From Planctomycetota bacterium (lineage in GTDB: Bacteria > Planctomycetota > UBA1135 > UBA2386), in the NCBI GenBank assembly GCA_965223545.1, contig OZ245006.1, positions 64,001-128,000 on the forward strand: 64,000 nt of DNA, read 5' to 3'. Shown piece by piece: positions 19,539 through 29,295 of this stretch; positions within the stretch are counted from its first letter, which is position 1, and each line of letters begins with the position of its first letter. The position numbers and the translations under genes were made by a program. Under the pieces are notes generated by a model. It did not search any database. It was not told the DNA's origin and worked only from the letters and a program-made list of their open reading frames with translations.

Positions 19539-22500
19539 ATGACGGACGACGCGATCGACGTCCTGCTGACCGAGTGCATGGAGCTGCCCACCACCGAGAG
19601 GGGCGAGCGCGTGGAGCGCCTTTGCACCGACCACCCGGCGCTGGCGGCCGAGCTGCGGCGGCGCTACCAGCGGCTCATCGAGCTCGGCATCTTCGCGCCG
19701 GCGCCGGCGGCGGAGGATCGCGGCGGGCCCGCGCGCCTCGGTCCCTTCCGGCTGCTGCGCCGGGTCGGCGGGGGTGGCATGGGCGTGGTCTACGAGGCGC
19801 ACGACGAGAAGCTCGACCGCCGCGTCGCGCTCAAGGTGCTGCGCCGCGACCAGATGTACTTCGACGGCGCGCGACAGCGCTTCGGCCGCGAGGTGCTCGC
19901 CGCCAGCCGCCTCGACCACCCGAACATCTGCCCGGTCTACGAGGCTGGCGAGATCGACGGCGTGCCCTACCTCGCGATGCGCTTCGTCGACGGGCCGAGT
20001 GTCGCGCAAGTGATCGACGAACGGCGGGGCGCGCGCGGCAACGGTGCCCGCGGCACGACCGGGGGCAGCGACAGCCGCGGCGGGGACCAGGTGGCCCTGG
20101 TCGAGAAGCTCGCCCGCGCGCTGCACACCGCGCACGGGGCCGGCCTGGTCCACCGCGACGTCAAGCCCGCCAACGTCCTGATCGACCGCGACGGCGAGCC
20201 GGTGCTGGTCGACTTCGGGCTCGCGCGCGACGTGGGCTCCGAGCTGTCCGGGCTCACCCGCACCGGCGAGCGGCTCGGCACGCCGGCCTACATGGCCCCC
20301 GAGCAGGTCGCCGGCGGCGACGTCGACCGCCGCGCCGACGTGTACGCGCTGGGTGCGCTGCTGTACGAATGCTTGACGTTGCGCGCTCCGTTTGCCTCAC
20401 ATGCGCGCGAGGATCTCTACCGGCAGATCCTCTCCGAGACCCCGAGCGATCTCCGCATGCACGACCGCGGGATCAGCCGCGAGTTGTGCGTGGTGGTCGA
20501 GAAGGCCCTGCAGAAGAGGCCCGGCGACCGTTTCGCGACTGCCGAAGATCTCGCCGAGGAGCTGCGCCGCATCCGCACCCACGAGCCGATCCGCAGCAAA
20601 CGCCCCGGTCTCGGTCTGCGTACCCTGCGCTGGTGCCAACGCAACCGGGTCGCGACCACAATCCTCCTGGCGACCCTGATCGGCCTCATCGTCGCCATCG
20701 GTTTCGTCGTGCAACTGAACGCCGGCAACCGCGCCACGCGGGCTGCAGGTCTGGTCCAGGCCGCGTCGAACGAGGGCCGCCGCAACCCGCGGCTGGCGCT
20801 GGCGCTGGCGCGGGAGGCGTACCATCTCACTCCATCCACCGCGACCTCCGCCCAGCTCCACGAGTCGCTGTTCGAGCACCGCGAGATCGCACGCTTTGCC
20901 CTGCACGACAAGGGGATCATGCAGGCCTGCTGGTCGGCGGACGGCGACCGCATCCTGACGGCGTCGCTGGATCGGTCGGCCGCGGTGTGGGATGCCGCGA
21001 CCGGCGCCCCGATCGCGCGGTTCGAACATCCGGCCGAGGTCCGCTCGGCGGCCTTCGATCCGACCGACCCCGACCGGGTGCTCACCGCGTGCGGGGACGG
21101 CAAGGCCTACTTGTGGCGGCTGGGCGACCTCGACCCCGAGCGGGAGTTGGTGGCCGATCCGCCGGCGCGGGGTCGCTGCTGGAACGTGGCGTTCTCGGAC
21201 AGTGGCCAGCGCATCGTCGCGAGCACGGACCGCGGTGCGATCACGGTGTGGGCCGACGACGGCACCCGAGTCGTGTGGAGCGAGAGAACGGACCAATTCG
21301 TGTGGCTCGTCGCGTTTGCCCCGGGCTCCGAGTCTCGCCTCCTCACTGCCGGAGTTGGCGGTAGGATCCACGTGTGGGATCTCGTGGCGGGCGAGTCGAT
21401 CGTCACCTCGGAGTACCCGTTGGTCCAGATCAACGACGAGTACGCCTTGGTCCAGATCAACGGCGGCGCGTGGTCACGGGATGGCAAGTACTTCGTGACC
21501 GCGGGAAACGACCAGCATGCGGTCGTCTGGACAGCGGCCGGCGTGCCACTGCAGACCCTGTCGGATCACGACGGACCGGTACAGGCCGCCGACTTCTCCC
21601 CGGCGGAGGGTTCGCGTTGGCTGGCGACAGCGTCGCGCGATCATGTCGTGCGCGTGTTCGATCGACGCACCGAGCGAACGCCGATCGTGCTGCGCGGTCA
21701 CGAGGACACCGTCAACTCCATCGAGTTTTCGCCCGACGGCCAGCGCCTGCTCAGCGCCGACCTCGGTGGTGTCGTGCGCGTGTGGGCTCTGCACCCCTGC
21801 GCTCCCGACCTCATCGACTTCCACGACCATCCGGCCATCGTATTCAAGGCAGTCTCCATCCCCGCGACCGGGGAGGTGATCTCCGCGGGCTATCGCCACA
21901 TGGTGGTTTGGGATCCCGCGTCCGGTACGGTGATCGCGCGCATTCCCGTGAGCGATATCGTCCGCGACCTCTGTTTCGGGTCGAACGGCAAGCGCCTCGT
22001 GCGGACCAACCTGAATTACGCCGAGATCCTGGACACCGAAAGCTGGGAGGTGATCGGCACGACCAGCGGAATCGAGCACGGTGGAGTCGAGCAGGAGGTG
22101 CGCTGGTCCGCTCTCGCGTCGGATGGCACGACGGTCGTGGGTGTCGTACCCAGCACCCAGATCGCGACGGCGTACGACCTGCGCGAGCGGAGTGTGCTCT
22201 GGTCGAAGGAGCCCGAGCGCGCGGAGAACATGAGCGCCGGGGAGGGGGGGGCGGCGACCGTCGTCGGCCCTACCCATGCCTTGTGGTCGGATGTCATATT
22301 CTCGCCGCGCGATCCTGGCGTCGTCGTCACGACGGCGTTCGACGGCGTGCTCGTGCGCGACCTCGCGACGGGCGACGAGGTGCGACGCTTCTCGGGTCAC
22401 CGCGGCCGAGTCAACTCGCTGGCGTTCTCCCCGGGGGGAGACCGACTCCTGACCGGCGCGGCGGACGCTACGGCACGCCTGTGGGACTTCGACACGGCCG

Positions 22501-22862
22501 ATCCCATCACGGAGTACCCGCACCGTGCGCCGATCACCGCTGTGGCGTACGACCTGGACGGCACCCGCGTCGCGGCGGGAGACAAGAGCGGCGAGATCGC
22601 GGTGTGGAACCTCGACGGCGAGCGGGTCGCGACCCTGCGCGGCCACCGCAGCACGATCCAGTCGCTGGAGTTCATCGAGGTCGACGGCCGCACCCGCCTG
22701 CTGAGCGCGTCGACGGACGGCACGGTCCGCACCTGGATCACCGAGGAGGGCGAGCTGCTCGAGGTCGTCGACCGTCGGCTCGGCGGCCAGAGCTTCGAGC
22801 GCTCCGAGCTCGAGCCCTACGCTAGCCTGCTGGGCGACCGGCTCGAAGTGTTGGTGCGCTGA
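19539..22862 (+). CDS. Ser/Thr protein kinase with WD40 repeats
   Basis: GGGGMGVVY, VALKVL, HRDVKPAN, DFGLAR, GTPAYMAPEQ. One hydrophobic segment, then many GH...FSPDG..L.S...D..VR.W repeats. Confidence 0.95.
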   Translation: MTDDAIDVLLTECMELPTTERGERVERLCTDHPALAAELRRRYQRLIELGIFAPAPAAEDRGGPARLGPFRLLRRVGGGGMGVVYEAHDEKLDRRVALKVLRRDQMYFDGARQRFGREVLAASRLDHPNICPVYEAGEIDGVPYLAMRFVDGPSVAQVIDERRGARGNGARGTTGGSDSRGGDQVALVEKLARALHTAHGAGLVHRDVKPANVLIDRDGEPVLVDFGLARDVGSELSGLTRTGERLGTPAYMAPEQVAGGDVDRRADVYALGALLYECLTLRAPFASHAREDLYRQILSETPSDLRMHDRGISRELCVVVEKALQKRPGDRFATAEDLAEELRRIRTHEPIRSKRPGLGLRTLRWCQRNRVATTILLATLIGLIVAIGFVVQLNAGNRATRAAGLVQAASNEGRRNPRLALALAREAYHLTPSTATSAQLHESLFEHREIARFALHDKGIMQACWSADGDRILTASLDRSAAVWDAATGAPIARFEHPAEVRSAAFDPTDPDRVLTACGDGKAYLWRLGDLDPERELVADPPARGRCWNVAFSDSGQRIVASTDRGAITVWADDGTRVVWSERTDQFVWLVAFAPGSESRLLTAGVGGRIHVWDLVAGESIVTSEYPLVQINDEYALVQINGGAWSRDGKYFVTAGNDQHAVVWTAAGVPLQTLSDHDGPVQAADFSPAEGSRWLATASRDHVVRVFDRRTERTPIVLRGHEDTVNSIEFSPDGQRLLSADLGGVVRVWALHPCAPDLIDFHDHPAIVFKAVSIPATGEVISAGYRHMVVWDPASGTVIARIPVSDIVRDLCFGSNGKRLVRTNLNYAEILDTESWEVIGTTSGIEHGGVEQEVRWSALASDGTTVVGVVPSTQIATAYDLRERSVLWSKEPERAENMSAGEGGAATVVGPTHALWSDVIFSPRDPGVVVTTAFDGVLVRDLATGDEVRRFSGHRGRVNSLAFSPGGDRLLTGAADATARLWDFDTADPITEYPHRAPITAVAYDLDGTRVAAGDKSGEIAVWNLDGERVATLRGHRSTIQSLEFIEVDGRTRLLSASTDGTVRTWITEEGELLEVVDRRLGGQSFERSELEPYASLLGDRLEVLVR
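21411..21464 (+). repeat. 27-bp in-frame imperfect tandem duplication
   Basis: GAGTACCCGTTGGTCCAGATCAACGAC / GAGTACGCCTTGGTCCAGATCAACGGC, encoding EYPLVQIND EYALVQING. Confidence 0.85.
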
Positions 22863-22907
22863 GGGAGCAACGTCTGCCGGCCGCGAGGCTCGAGAGAACA
22901 ACGCCGC

Positions 22908-22959
22908 GGCCGGGATTTCGTGGGGGGAGTGGCGACGGCTCCGACTCTCGCCTGCATGC
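22908..22959 (+). promoter_or_regulatory. Repeated 52-bp intergenic motif, copy 2 (candidate ECF promoter)
   Basis: Direct-repeat partner of 18721-18772, located upstream of the SBBP-repeat gene. Confidence 0.6.
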
Positions 22960-23021
22960 CTCGCGGATGTCACGTCGCTGAGGCGCTGTTCCAGAGTCCC
23001 GATCACAACCGGAGAAGAACG

Positions 23022-25664
23022 ATGATCCCCAGCCGTACCCGTCCCGTTTCGCTGAGTCCGGGGTCCGACAGCACGCGCGGCCAGCAGCCGACCCGAACCG
23101 ATCACCCCGGCAAGCCGCACCTCGTAGTGCGGGCCCGCCGTCCCATCGCCTCTCTGGTGGTGGTGGCGCTCGCGCAAGTCACCACCGCCCAGGAGGTCGA
23201 CCTCGCGACGGTGCGCCCGACCCCGGCGTTCGTCGCGAACCACGGCCAATGGCCAGCCGAGGTGCGGTTCCGCTACCAACACGGACCGGCCACGGCATGG
23301 CTGCACGACGACGGGCTGACCCTCGCGCTGACCAGGGGCGAGCGGCGCGCCACGCCTCCGTCGGGGGAGGGATCGCCCACCGCAGAGGTCGAGCGCGCGA
23401 CCGCGATCATCCGCATTGCCTTCGAAGGTGCCGGCGCCGCGAGCCGGGCGCGCGGCGAGAATCGGTTGGGCGCGCGCCACAACTTCTACCTCGGCCGCGA
23501 CGCGAGCCGTTGGGCTGCCGCTGTGCCGGCGTTCGCATCCGTTGTGCAGCCGGCAATCACCACCGGCGTCGATGCCACCTGGCAGCACCGCGACGGGCGC
23601 CTCGCCTACGACCTCCACGTCGGCGCGGGCGTGAACGCCGCCGCGGTCGTCACCCGGATCGACGGCGCGCGCTCGCTGCGCGTCGGGCCGGAGGGTCGGC
23701 TGATCGTCGAGAGCGAGCTCGGCGACGTCGCGCTGACCGCGCCGCGCAGCTGGGAGGTCACGGCGGGCGGGCGGCGTGACGTGGCCTCGCGCTTCGTCGT
23801 GCTCGACGCGCAGCGTTACCGCATCGAGGTCGACCGCCTCGACCAGTCGGTGCCGCTCGTCGTCGATCCCGGCCTCGAGTGGGGCACGTACCTCGGCGGT
23901 AGCAAGAACGAGGCATTGGGCACGGTTCGCGTCGACCGATCGGACTACATCTACGTCACGGGGTGGACACAGAGCCCCGACTTTCCTGTGACCACCACGC
24001 CGGTGTTCGGTGGCGGCAACGTCGACATCTTCGTGTCGTGCCTCGACCCCAACGTGTCGGGCAACTCAACGCTGGTCTGGTCGACCTACCTCGGCGGCTC
24101 CAGCAACGAGGTGGGAAACGACCTGCACGTGACAGCCGATGGCAACACTACGACCGTCGTCGGCCTGTCCGACTCGGCCGACTTGCCCACGACGCCGGGT
24201 GCGTTCCAGACCAGCCTGCCCGGTGTCAGAGCCGGAGTCGTAGCGCAGCTCGACGCCGTCGGAGCACGCATTTACGCCTCGTTCCTCGGCGCCTCCGGCA
24301 GCGACCGCATCTGCGCGATCGAAAGCCACCCCGCCGGCGGGTTCGCGATCGCGGGGTACAGCGACTCAGCGGACTTTCCGGCCACCCCCGGCAGCTACCA
24401 GCCAACGCCGGCGGGACAATTCGACGCCTTCGTGGCGCGCTTCGATCCGAGCATGATCGGCGCCGCGCAGCTTGCGAGCGCGACGTATCTCGGCGGATCC
24501 GGGGACGAAGGCACCTGGCAGCAAGGCGCTTTCATCTACAACAACTTCGCCGACGTCGTGGTGGCCCCGAATGGCGCGGTGACCGTCGTCGGCGAAACAA
24601 GCAGCAGCAGCTTCCCGACGACGGCTTCGGCCTTCGCCCGCACCCATGCCGGAGGCAGCCGCGACGCGTTCCTGAGCCAGCTCGATGGCTCCCTCGCGAC
24701 GCTGCTGTACTCGACGTTCCTCGGTTCAGCCGGCGAAGACGGGGCCTGGGCCGTCGAGCGGAACAACGCCGGCGAGCACGTGGTCTCGGGCTTCTCCGAT
24801 GCGGCCGGATTCCCGGTGACGGCGGGCGCGTTCCAGACCGTTTTCGGTGGCGGGGGTGCGGACGGCGTGCTCTGCGTGCTGGATACCTCGCTCGCCGGAA
24901 CGGCGAGCCTGCGCTACTCGACCTACGTCGGCGGTGACGGCTTCGACGAGTCGTTCGGGCTGTCGGTCGAGAGCTCGGGCGTCATCACCGCGGCGTGTAT
25001 CTGCCGGGGTGGTGGCTTTCCGGTCACCGCCGGTGCGATGCAGACGACCTACACCGGCACTCTCGCGATGGGCGCGGTCGTGCGCCTGGACCCGGCGGGG
25101 AACGGTTCCTCCGACCTGCACTACGGCAGCTACGTGGGGGGCGGCGCGGGGGGCGACGCCTGCGTGGCCGTGGCGGTGCGCGCCGACGGTCGTGCGGTGC
25201 TGCCCGGCACGACCACCTCGGTCGGCTTCGCGTTCCCCGGTAGCCCGTTGCAGCCGCTGCTCGCGGGGGGCGGCGATGCCTTCGTCGCCGTCGCGGACCT
25301 GATCCCCGCCAACGTGACGCGCGTCGGCGGTGGATCGGGCGCGTGCACCGACGTCGACTTGCAGATCGACTCGATGCCGGCGCCCGGCGCGCCCTTTCAG
25401 CTGATCTGCAACGAAGCTCCGGCGCCGAGCGGCGTCCTGATCGTCGGCACGCCACTGCAGCTGCCGATCGCCGGGATCGAGCTACTGGTTCTGCCGGCGG
25501 TGTCCGTTCCGGTCTTCGCGGCGAGCGGCGCGGTCCGCACCCAGCTGACGCCGCCCGCCGGGATTACCCTGCCGGTCGGCATTCGCTTCCAGTACGTGTT
25601 CGCCACAAGCCCGAGCTGCCCGTTCGCGCTGCCGCTGTCGGCGAGTGACGCGCTCGAGTTCTGA
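23022..25664 (+). CDS. Secreted SBBP-repeat beta-propeller protein with C-terminal beta domain
   Basis: FVAN.GQWP..VRF N-domain, LVVDPGL.W.TYLGGS, repeated STYLGGS..D/E and S.DFP.T.GAFQ. GGAGAAG RBS upstream; an in-frame ATG at 22956 is also possible. Confidence 0.9.
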   Translation: MIPSRTRPVSLSPGSDSTRGQQPTRTDHPGKPHLVVRARRPIASLVVVALAQVTTAQEVDLATVRPTPAFVANHGQWPAEVRFRYQHGPATAWLHDDGLTLALTRGERRATPPSGEGSPTAEVERATAIIRIAFEGAGAASRARGENRLGARHNFYLGRDASRWAAAVPAFASVVQPAITTGVDATWQHRDGRLAYDLHVGAGVNAAAVVTRIDGARSLRVGPEGRLIVESELGDVALTAPRSWEVTAGGRRDVASRFVVLDAQRYRIEVDRLDQSVPLVVDPGLEWGTYLGGSKNEALGTVRVDRSDYIYVTGWTQSPDFPVTTTPVFGGGNVDIFVSCLDPNVSGNSTLVWSTYLGGSSNEVGNDLHVTADGNTTTVVGLSDSADLPTTPGAFQTSLPGVRAGVVAQLDAVGARIYASFLGASGSDRICAIESHPAGGFAIAGYSDSADFPATPGSYQPTPAGQFDAFVARFDPSMIGAAQLASATYLGGSGDEGTWQQGAFIYNNFADVVVAPNGAVTVVGETSSSSFPTTASAFARTHAGGSRDAFLSQLDGSLATLLYSTFLGSAGEDGAWAVERNNAGEHVVSGFSDAAGFPVTAGAFQTVFGGGGADGVLCVLDTSLAGTASLRYSTYVGGDGFDESFGLSVESSGVITAACICRGGGFPVTAGAMQTTYTGTLAMGAVVRLDPAGNGSSDLHYGSYVGGGAGGDACVAVAVRADGRAVLPGTTTSVGFAFPGSPLQPLLAGGGDAFVAVADLIPANVTRVGGGSGACTDVDLQIDSMPAPGAPFQLICNEAPAPSGVLIVGTPLQLPIAGIELLVLPAVSVPVFAASGAVRTQLTPPAGITLPVGIRFQYVFATSPSCPFALPLSASDALEF

Positions 25665-25763
25665 ACCCGGGCAGCTCAGCGATCTTCTTGCGCGCCGTGC
25701 TGCCCGGCAGGGCTACGACGGCAAGCCCGGAACGCGTCAGGCGCGCTCGACAAGGGGAAGAAC

Positions 25764-25839
25764 TGGTGGAGAGTAGGGGAGTCGAACCCCTGACCTCGAC
25801 AATGCCATTGTCGCGCTCTACCAACTGAGCTAACTCCCC
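25764..25839 (-). tRNA. tRNA-Ala (anticodon GGC)
   Basis: GGGGAGTTAGCTCAGTTGGTAGAGCGCGACAATGGCATTGTCGAGGTCAGGGGTTCGACTCCCCTACTCTCCACCA. Cloverleaf with G3:U70 pair and encoded CCA. Confidence 0.97.
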
Positions 25840-26151
25840 ACACGGGAGTCGCGCCTCGCCGACGCGGGGCAGCAAGCTAGCCGCTGCGCGTCCGAGATCA
25901 AGCGCGCATTTCGCACCGCGCAACCGCTCCCTCCGCCCCGCGGTCCCCAACCCCGACCCGCCCGTGGTGCGGAGACTTTGCCTCTTCCAATTGACGCCGC
26001 AGCGGATAGCATTCCACGGAGTGCTAACAGGTCGGTCAGGACCTGGGGCACGCGGTCCATGGGCGGTCTGTGGATCGGGCGTCGCGCAACCCGCGGGGCC
26101 CACCGACACAACTCAGGTGGGGGTGAGCCCCACCGGTGCAGGGAGGCAGAC

Positions 26152-27081
26152 GTGGTCAAGAAGACCTCGATCTTGAACAAGCTCAAGAACCGTTGGAAGT
26201 CGTCGCCGGTGCGGGTCGAGACCCGCGCCGATGCGAGGGCCGCGAGCGGGGCTGTTGGAAGTGGAGCGGAGCGGACGCCGGCGAACGGCGCCGCGAACCG
26301 CGTGGCGCAGGCGCAACAGGCGACGGCCAACCGGCTGCAGCCGGACCGCGCCGAGCCCGCAGCGCCGCTCGGCAACCTCGCGGCGGAGCGCATGCCCGGC
26401 CGCAAGATGTCGGCCAAGGAGGATGCGCTGGTGGCGTTGGGCGAGGGCTTTCGCGAGCTCTCCGGCCTGGTGCGCGGAGTGCAGACGCGGCTCGATGCGC
26501 AGGGCGACCGCAGCCAGTCGTTCGTCGAAGACCTCCGCGCGCTGCCGGCGCTCGGCCAGGCGCAGATCGAGCTGTTGCGGCAGATGGCCGGCCAGCTCGA
26601 GCAGCAGACCGCCACCAACGGCAAGTTGCTGTCCACGCTCGGCGAGCTGCCGAACGCGCTCTCCGGGGTGCAAGCCGCGCTCAACCGCGCGGCCGCGACC
26701 GACGAGCGGACGGCGAAGACGCTGTCCGAGTTCCAGGGCACCATGGATCGCATCCACGGCGCGATGGAGAAGGTCGTCGACAGCGCTGGCCGGCAGGTGG
26801 ACGCGGCGCAGGCCTTGGTCGATCGGCGCGACGGCGAGCGCGACGACCTGCTCGAGGCGGTGCGCGACGGCAGCCGGCGTGACAACGCCGAGCTGGCCGA
26901 GCAGCTGAGTGCGGCCCGCCGCGAGGACATGGAGGCCATGCGCTCGATGCACACCCGGCAGGTCGCCCAGCTCGACGAGCTCGGCAAGTCGAGTGGCCGG
27001 TTCGGCAACGCCGTCGTCGTGCTGCTGGCGCTGACCTTCCTCGCCATCGCCGGCGTGCTGACCGCGATCGTTGTCGGCTGA
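26152..27081 (+). CDS. Hypothetical coiled-coil protein with C-terminal membrane anchor
   Basis: GGGAGG RBS plus GTG. Long heptad-rich helical region and terminal hydrophobic helix VVVLLALTFLAIAGVLTAIVVG. Confidence 0.75.
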   Translation: MVKKTSILNKLKNRWKSSPVRVETRADARAASGAVGSGAERTPANGAANRVAQAQQATANRLQPDRAEPAAPLGNLAAERMPGRKMSAKEDALVALGEGFRELSGLVRGVQTRLDAQGDRSQSFVEDLRALPALGQAQIELLRQMAGQLEQQTATNGKLLSTLGELPNALSGVQAALNRAAATDERTAKTLSEFQGTMDRIHGAMEKVVDSAGRQVDAAQALVDRRDGERDDLLEAVRDGSRRDNAELAEQLSAARREDMEAMRSMHTRQVAQLDELGKSSGRFGNAVVVLLALTFLAIAGVLTAIVVG

Positions 27082-27676
27082 GCCGCGGCGCGTCCTGCTG
27101 GTGCGCCACGGCGAGACCGAGGGCGAGTCCTCGATCCGCTACCACGGCAGCAACGACGTGGCGCTGTCGGCCGTCGGCCGGGCGCAGATCGAGCGCCTGC
27201 GGCCCAAGGTCTCGGCACACCGCTTCACCGCCGTCGTGCACTCGCCGCTGTCCCGAGCGGTGACATCGGCGCAGGTCTTGGCCGAAGTGCTGCCACCGCC
27301 GGCACCGCCGATGGACGAACGCGCCGACCTGCGCGAGATCGACTTCGGCGCGATCGAGGGCATGACCGACGGCGAGATCAAAGCGGCGATGCCCGAGTGG
27401 CACCGCGCTTGGCGCGCCGGGGAGACCGACGGCTTTCCCGGCGGCGACTCGCTGTCAGAGTTCGACGCTCGAGTGCGCGCCGCGGTGCGTGCGGTCGTGC
27501 AAGACCACCCCCGGGGGGACCTGCTGCTGGTCGCGCACCGCGGCGTGGTGCGCGTGGCGGCCGAGGTGCTGCTCGACCTGCCGGCCGGCAAGGGACCGAC
27601 CGTCGACCTCGGTAGCCTGACAGTCGTGCGCACCGGCTCCACCCCGGAGCTCCAGCTGGTCAACTGGCGCGGCTGA
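27071..27676 (+). CDS. Histidine phosphatase (phosphoglycerate mutase/CobC-like)
   Basis: LLVRHGET, SPL.RA, LREIDFG..EG, LVAHRG. Confidence 0.92.
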   Translation: MSAEPRRVLLVRHGETEGESSIRYHGSNDVALSAVGRAQIERLRPKVSAHRFTAVVHSPLSRAVTSAQVLAEVLPPPAPPMDERADLREIDFGAIEGMTDGEIKAAMPEWHRAWRAGETDGFPGGDSLSEFDARVRAAVRAVVQDHPRGDLLLVAHRGVVRVAAEVLLDLPAGKGPTVDLGSLTVVRTGSTPELQLVNWRG

Positions 27677-27729
27677 GGCCACCCGGGGCTCGCTGTCGAC
27701 ACCGGCGGCGAGAAGGCTAACGTCTGCGC

Positions 27730-29295
27730 ATGCGCCTGCGTTTCGCACCGTCTCCGACCGGCCCGCTGCACATCGGCGGCGCGCGGACCGCGCTGTACAA
27801 CTGGGCGGCCGCGCGCGCCGCCAAGGGCCAGTTCCTGCTTCGCATCGAGGACACCGATCGGGCGCGCTCGAGCGAGGATTCGCTCCGCATCATCCTCGAG
27901 GGCCTGTCCTGGCTCGGCCTCGACTGGGACGAGGGGCCCGATGTCGGCGGCCCGCACGGACCGTACTTCCAGACCGAGCGGCTGGAGCTGTACCGCGGCT
28001 ATGCCGCGCGGCTGCTCGAGGCCGGCTCGGCCTACCACTGCTACGCGACGCCGGAAGAAGTCGAGGAGGGCCGGCAGGCGTTGGCGGCGGCGGGCAAGCG
28101 GCCGATGTACGACCGCCGCCATCGCGACTTGACCGACGCCGAGCGCGCCGCGTTCGCGGCGGAGGGGCGGACACCGTCGCTGCGCTTCCGCATGCCGCTC
28201 GACGAGGCCGTCGTGCTCGACGACGAGGTCAAGGGACCGGTCTCGGTCAACCTCGAGGAGCTCGACGATTGGGTGATGGTGCGGCCGGACGGCATGCCGA
28301 CCTACAACTTCGCCTGCGTCGTCGACGACATCGAGATGCGGATCACCCACGTGGTGCGCGGCGACGAGCACTTCATGAACGGCGTCAAGCAGCTGGTCCT
28401 GTACCGCGCTCTCGACGCGCAGCCGCCGCGCTTCGCGCACATCCCGCTGATCCTCGGGCCCGACGGCAAGAAGTTGAGCAAGCGGGACGCGCAGACCAAC
28501 CTGCTCGACTACCGCGACCAGGGGTATCCGCCCGAGGCGCTGTTCAACTACATCGCCCTGCTGGGCTGGGCGTATTCCGGTGACCGCGACCGCTTCACGG
28601 CGGCCGAGATGGTCGAGCGGTTCGACCTCGCCAAGATCAGCACCGGCGGCGCGCACTTCGACCACACCAAGCTGCGGGCGCTGTGCGGCCACTACGTGCG
28701 GGAGATGACGCCCGCCGAGCTCGTCGACCGCGCGCGCCCGTGGTTGGCCGAGGCGGCGGCCGTGCCCGAGGCCGCCTTTGCCAGCCACGCCGGGCTGGTG
28801 CGCAACGCGGTGGCCTGCTACCAGGAGCGGGTCGAGCTGTTCGGCGAGCTGCCGCCGGCGGTGGCGTATGTCTTCGCCGACACCCTCGAGTTCGACGAGG
28901 CCGCGCAGAAGAACCTGCGCAAGCACGGCGACGCGCGCAAATGGCTCTCGGCCTACGCGGAGCACTTGACGACTCTCGCGCTGCCGCCGTCGTACCCGTC
29001 CGATCGCGGCGCGGCCGACGACGGCGTGACCCTGCCGACCCCCAAGGAGGGCGCGCCGGAGGACGGGCCGTTCGTCACGCCGAAGGCGCTCGAGACCGAC
29101 GCCCGCACGTTCGCCGAGCGGCTGGGCGTCAAATTCGGCCACTTGGTTCACCCCGTGCGCGCCGCGCTCAGCGGCACCAACAAGGGCCCGGGGCTGTTCG
29201 ACATCGTCTACCTGCTCGGCGCCGAGCGCACCGTGGCGCGGCTGCGGGCCGCGGCCGGTGCGGCCGCAGCCGCCGGCGAGGACGGCAAGCCATGA
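27730..29295 (+). CDS. gltX: Glutamate--tRNA ligase
   Basis: [44 protein letters not shown]. Confidence 0.97.
   Translation: MRLRFAPSPTGPLHIGGARTALYNWAAARAAKGQFLLRIEDTDRARSSEDSLRIILEGLSWLGLDWDEGPDVGGPHGPYFQTERLELYRGYAARLLEAGSAYHCYATPEEVEEGRQALAAAGKRPMYDRRHRDLTDAERAAFAAEGRTPSLRFRMPLDEAVVLDDEVKGPVSVNLEELDDWVMVRPDGMPTYNFACVVDDIEMRITHVVRGDEHFMNGVKQLVLYRALDAQPPRFAHIPLILGPDGKKLSKRDAQTNLLDYRDQGYPPEALFNYIALLGWAYSGDRDRFTAAEMVERFDLAKISTGGAHFDHTKLRALCGHYVREMTPAELVDRARPWLAEAAAVPEAAFASHAGLVRNAVACYQERVELFGELPPAVAYVFADTLEFDEAAQKNLRKHGDARKWLSAYAEHLTTLALPPSYPSDRGAADDGVTLPTPKEGAPEDGPFVTPKALETDARTFAERLGVKFGHLVHPVRAALSGTNKGPGLFDIVYLLGAERTVARLRAAAGAAAAAGEDGKP

Noticed and set aside
8500..25839. tRNA-Ala-anchored integrative island
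   Set aside because: The accessory block abuts the tRNA 3' end, but I found no integrase and no duplicated tRNA 3' segment at the other side.
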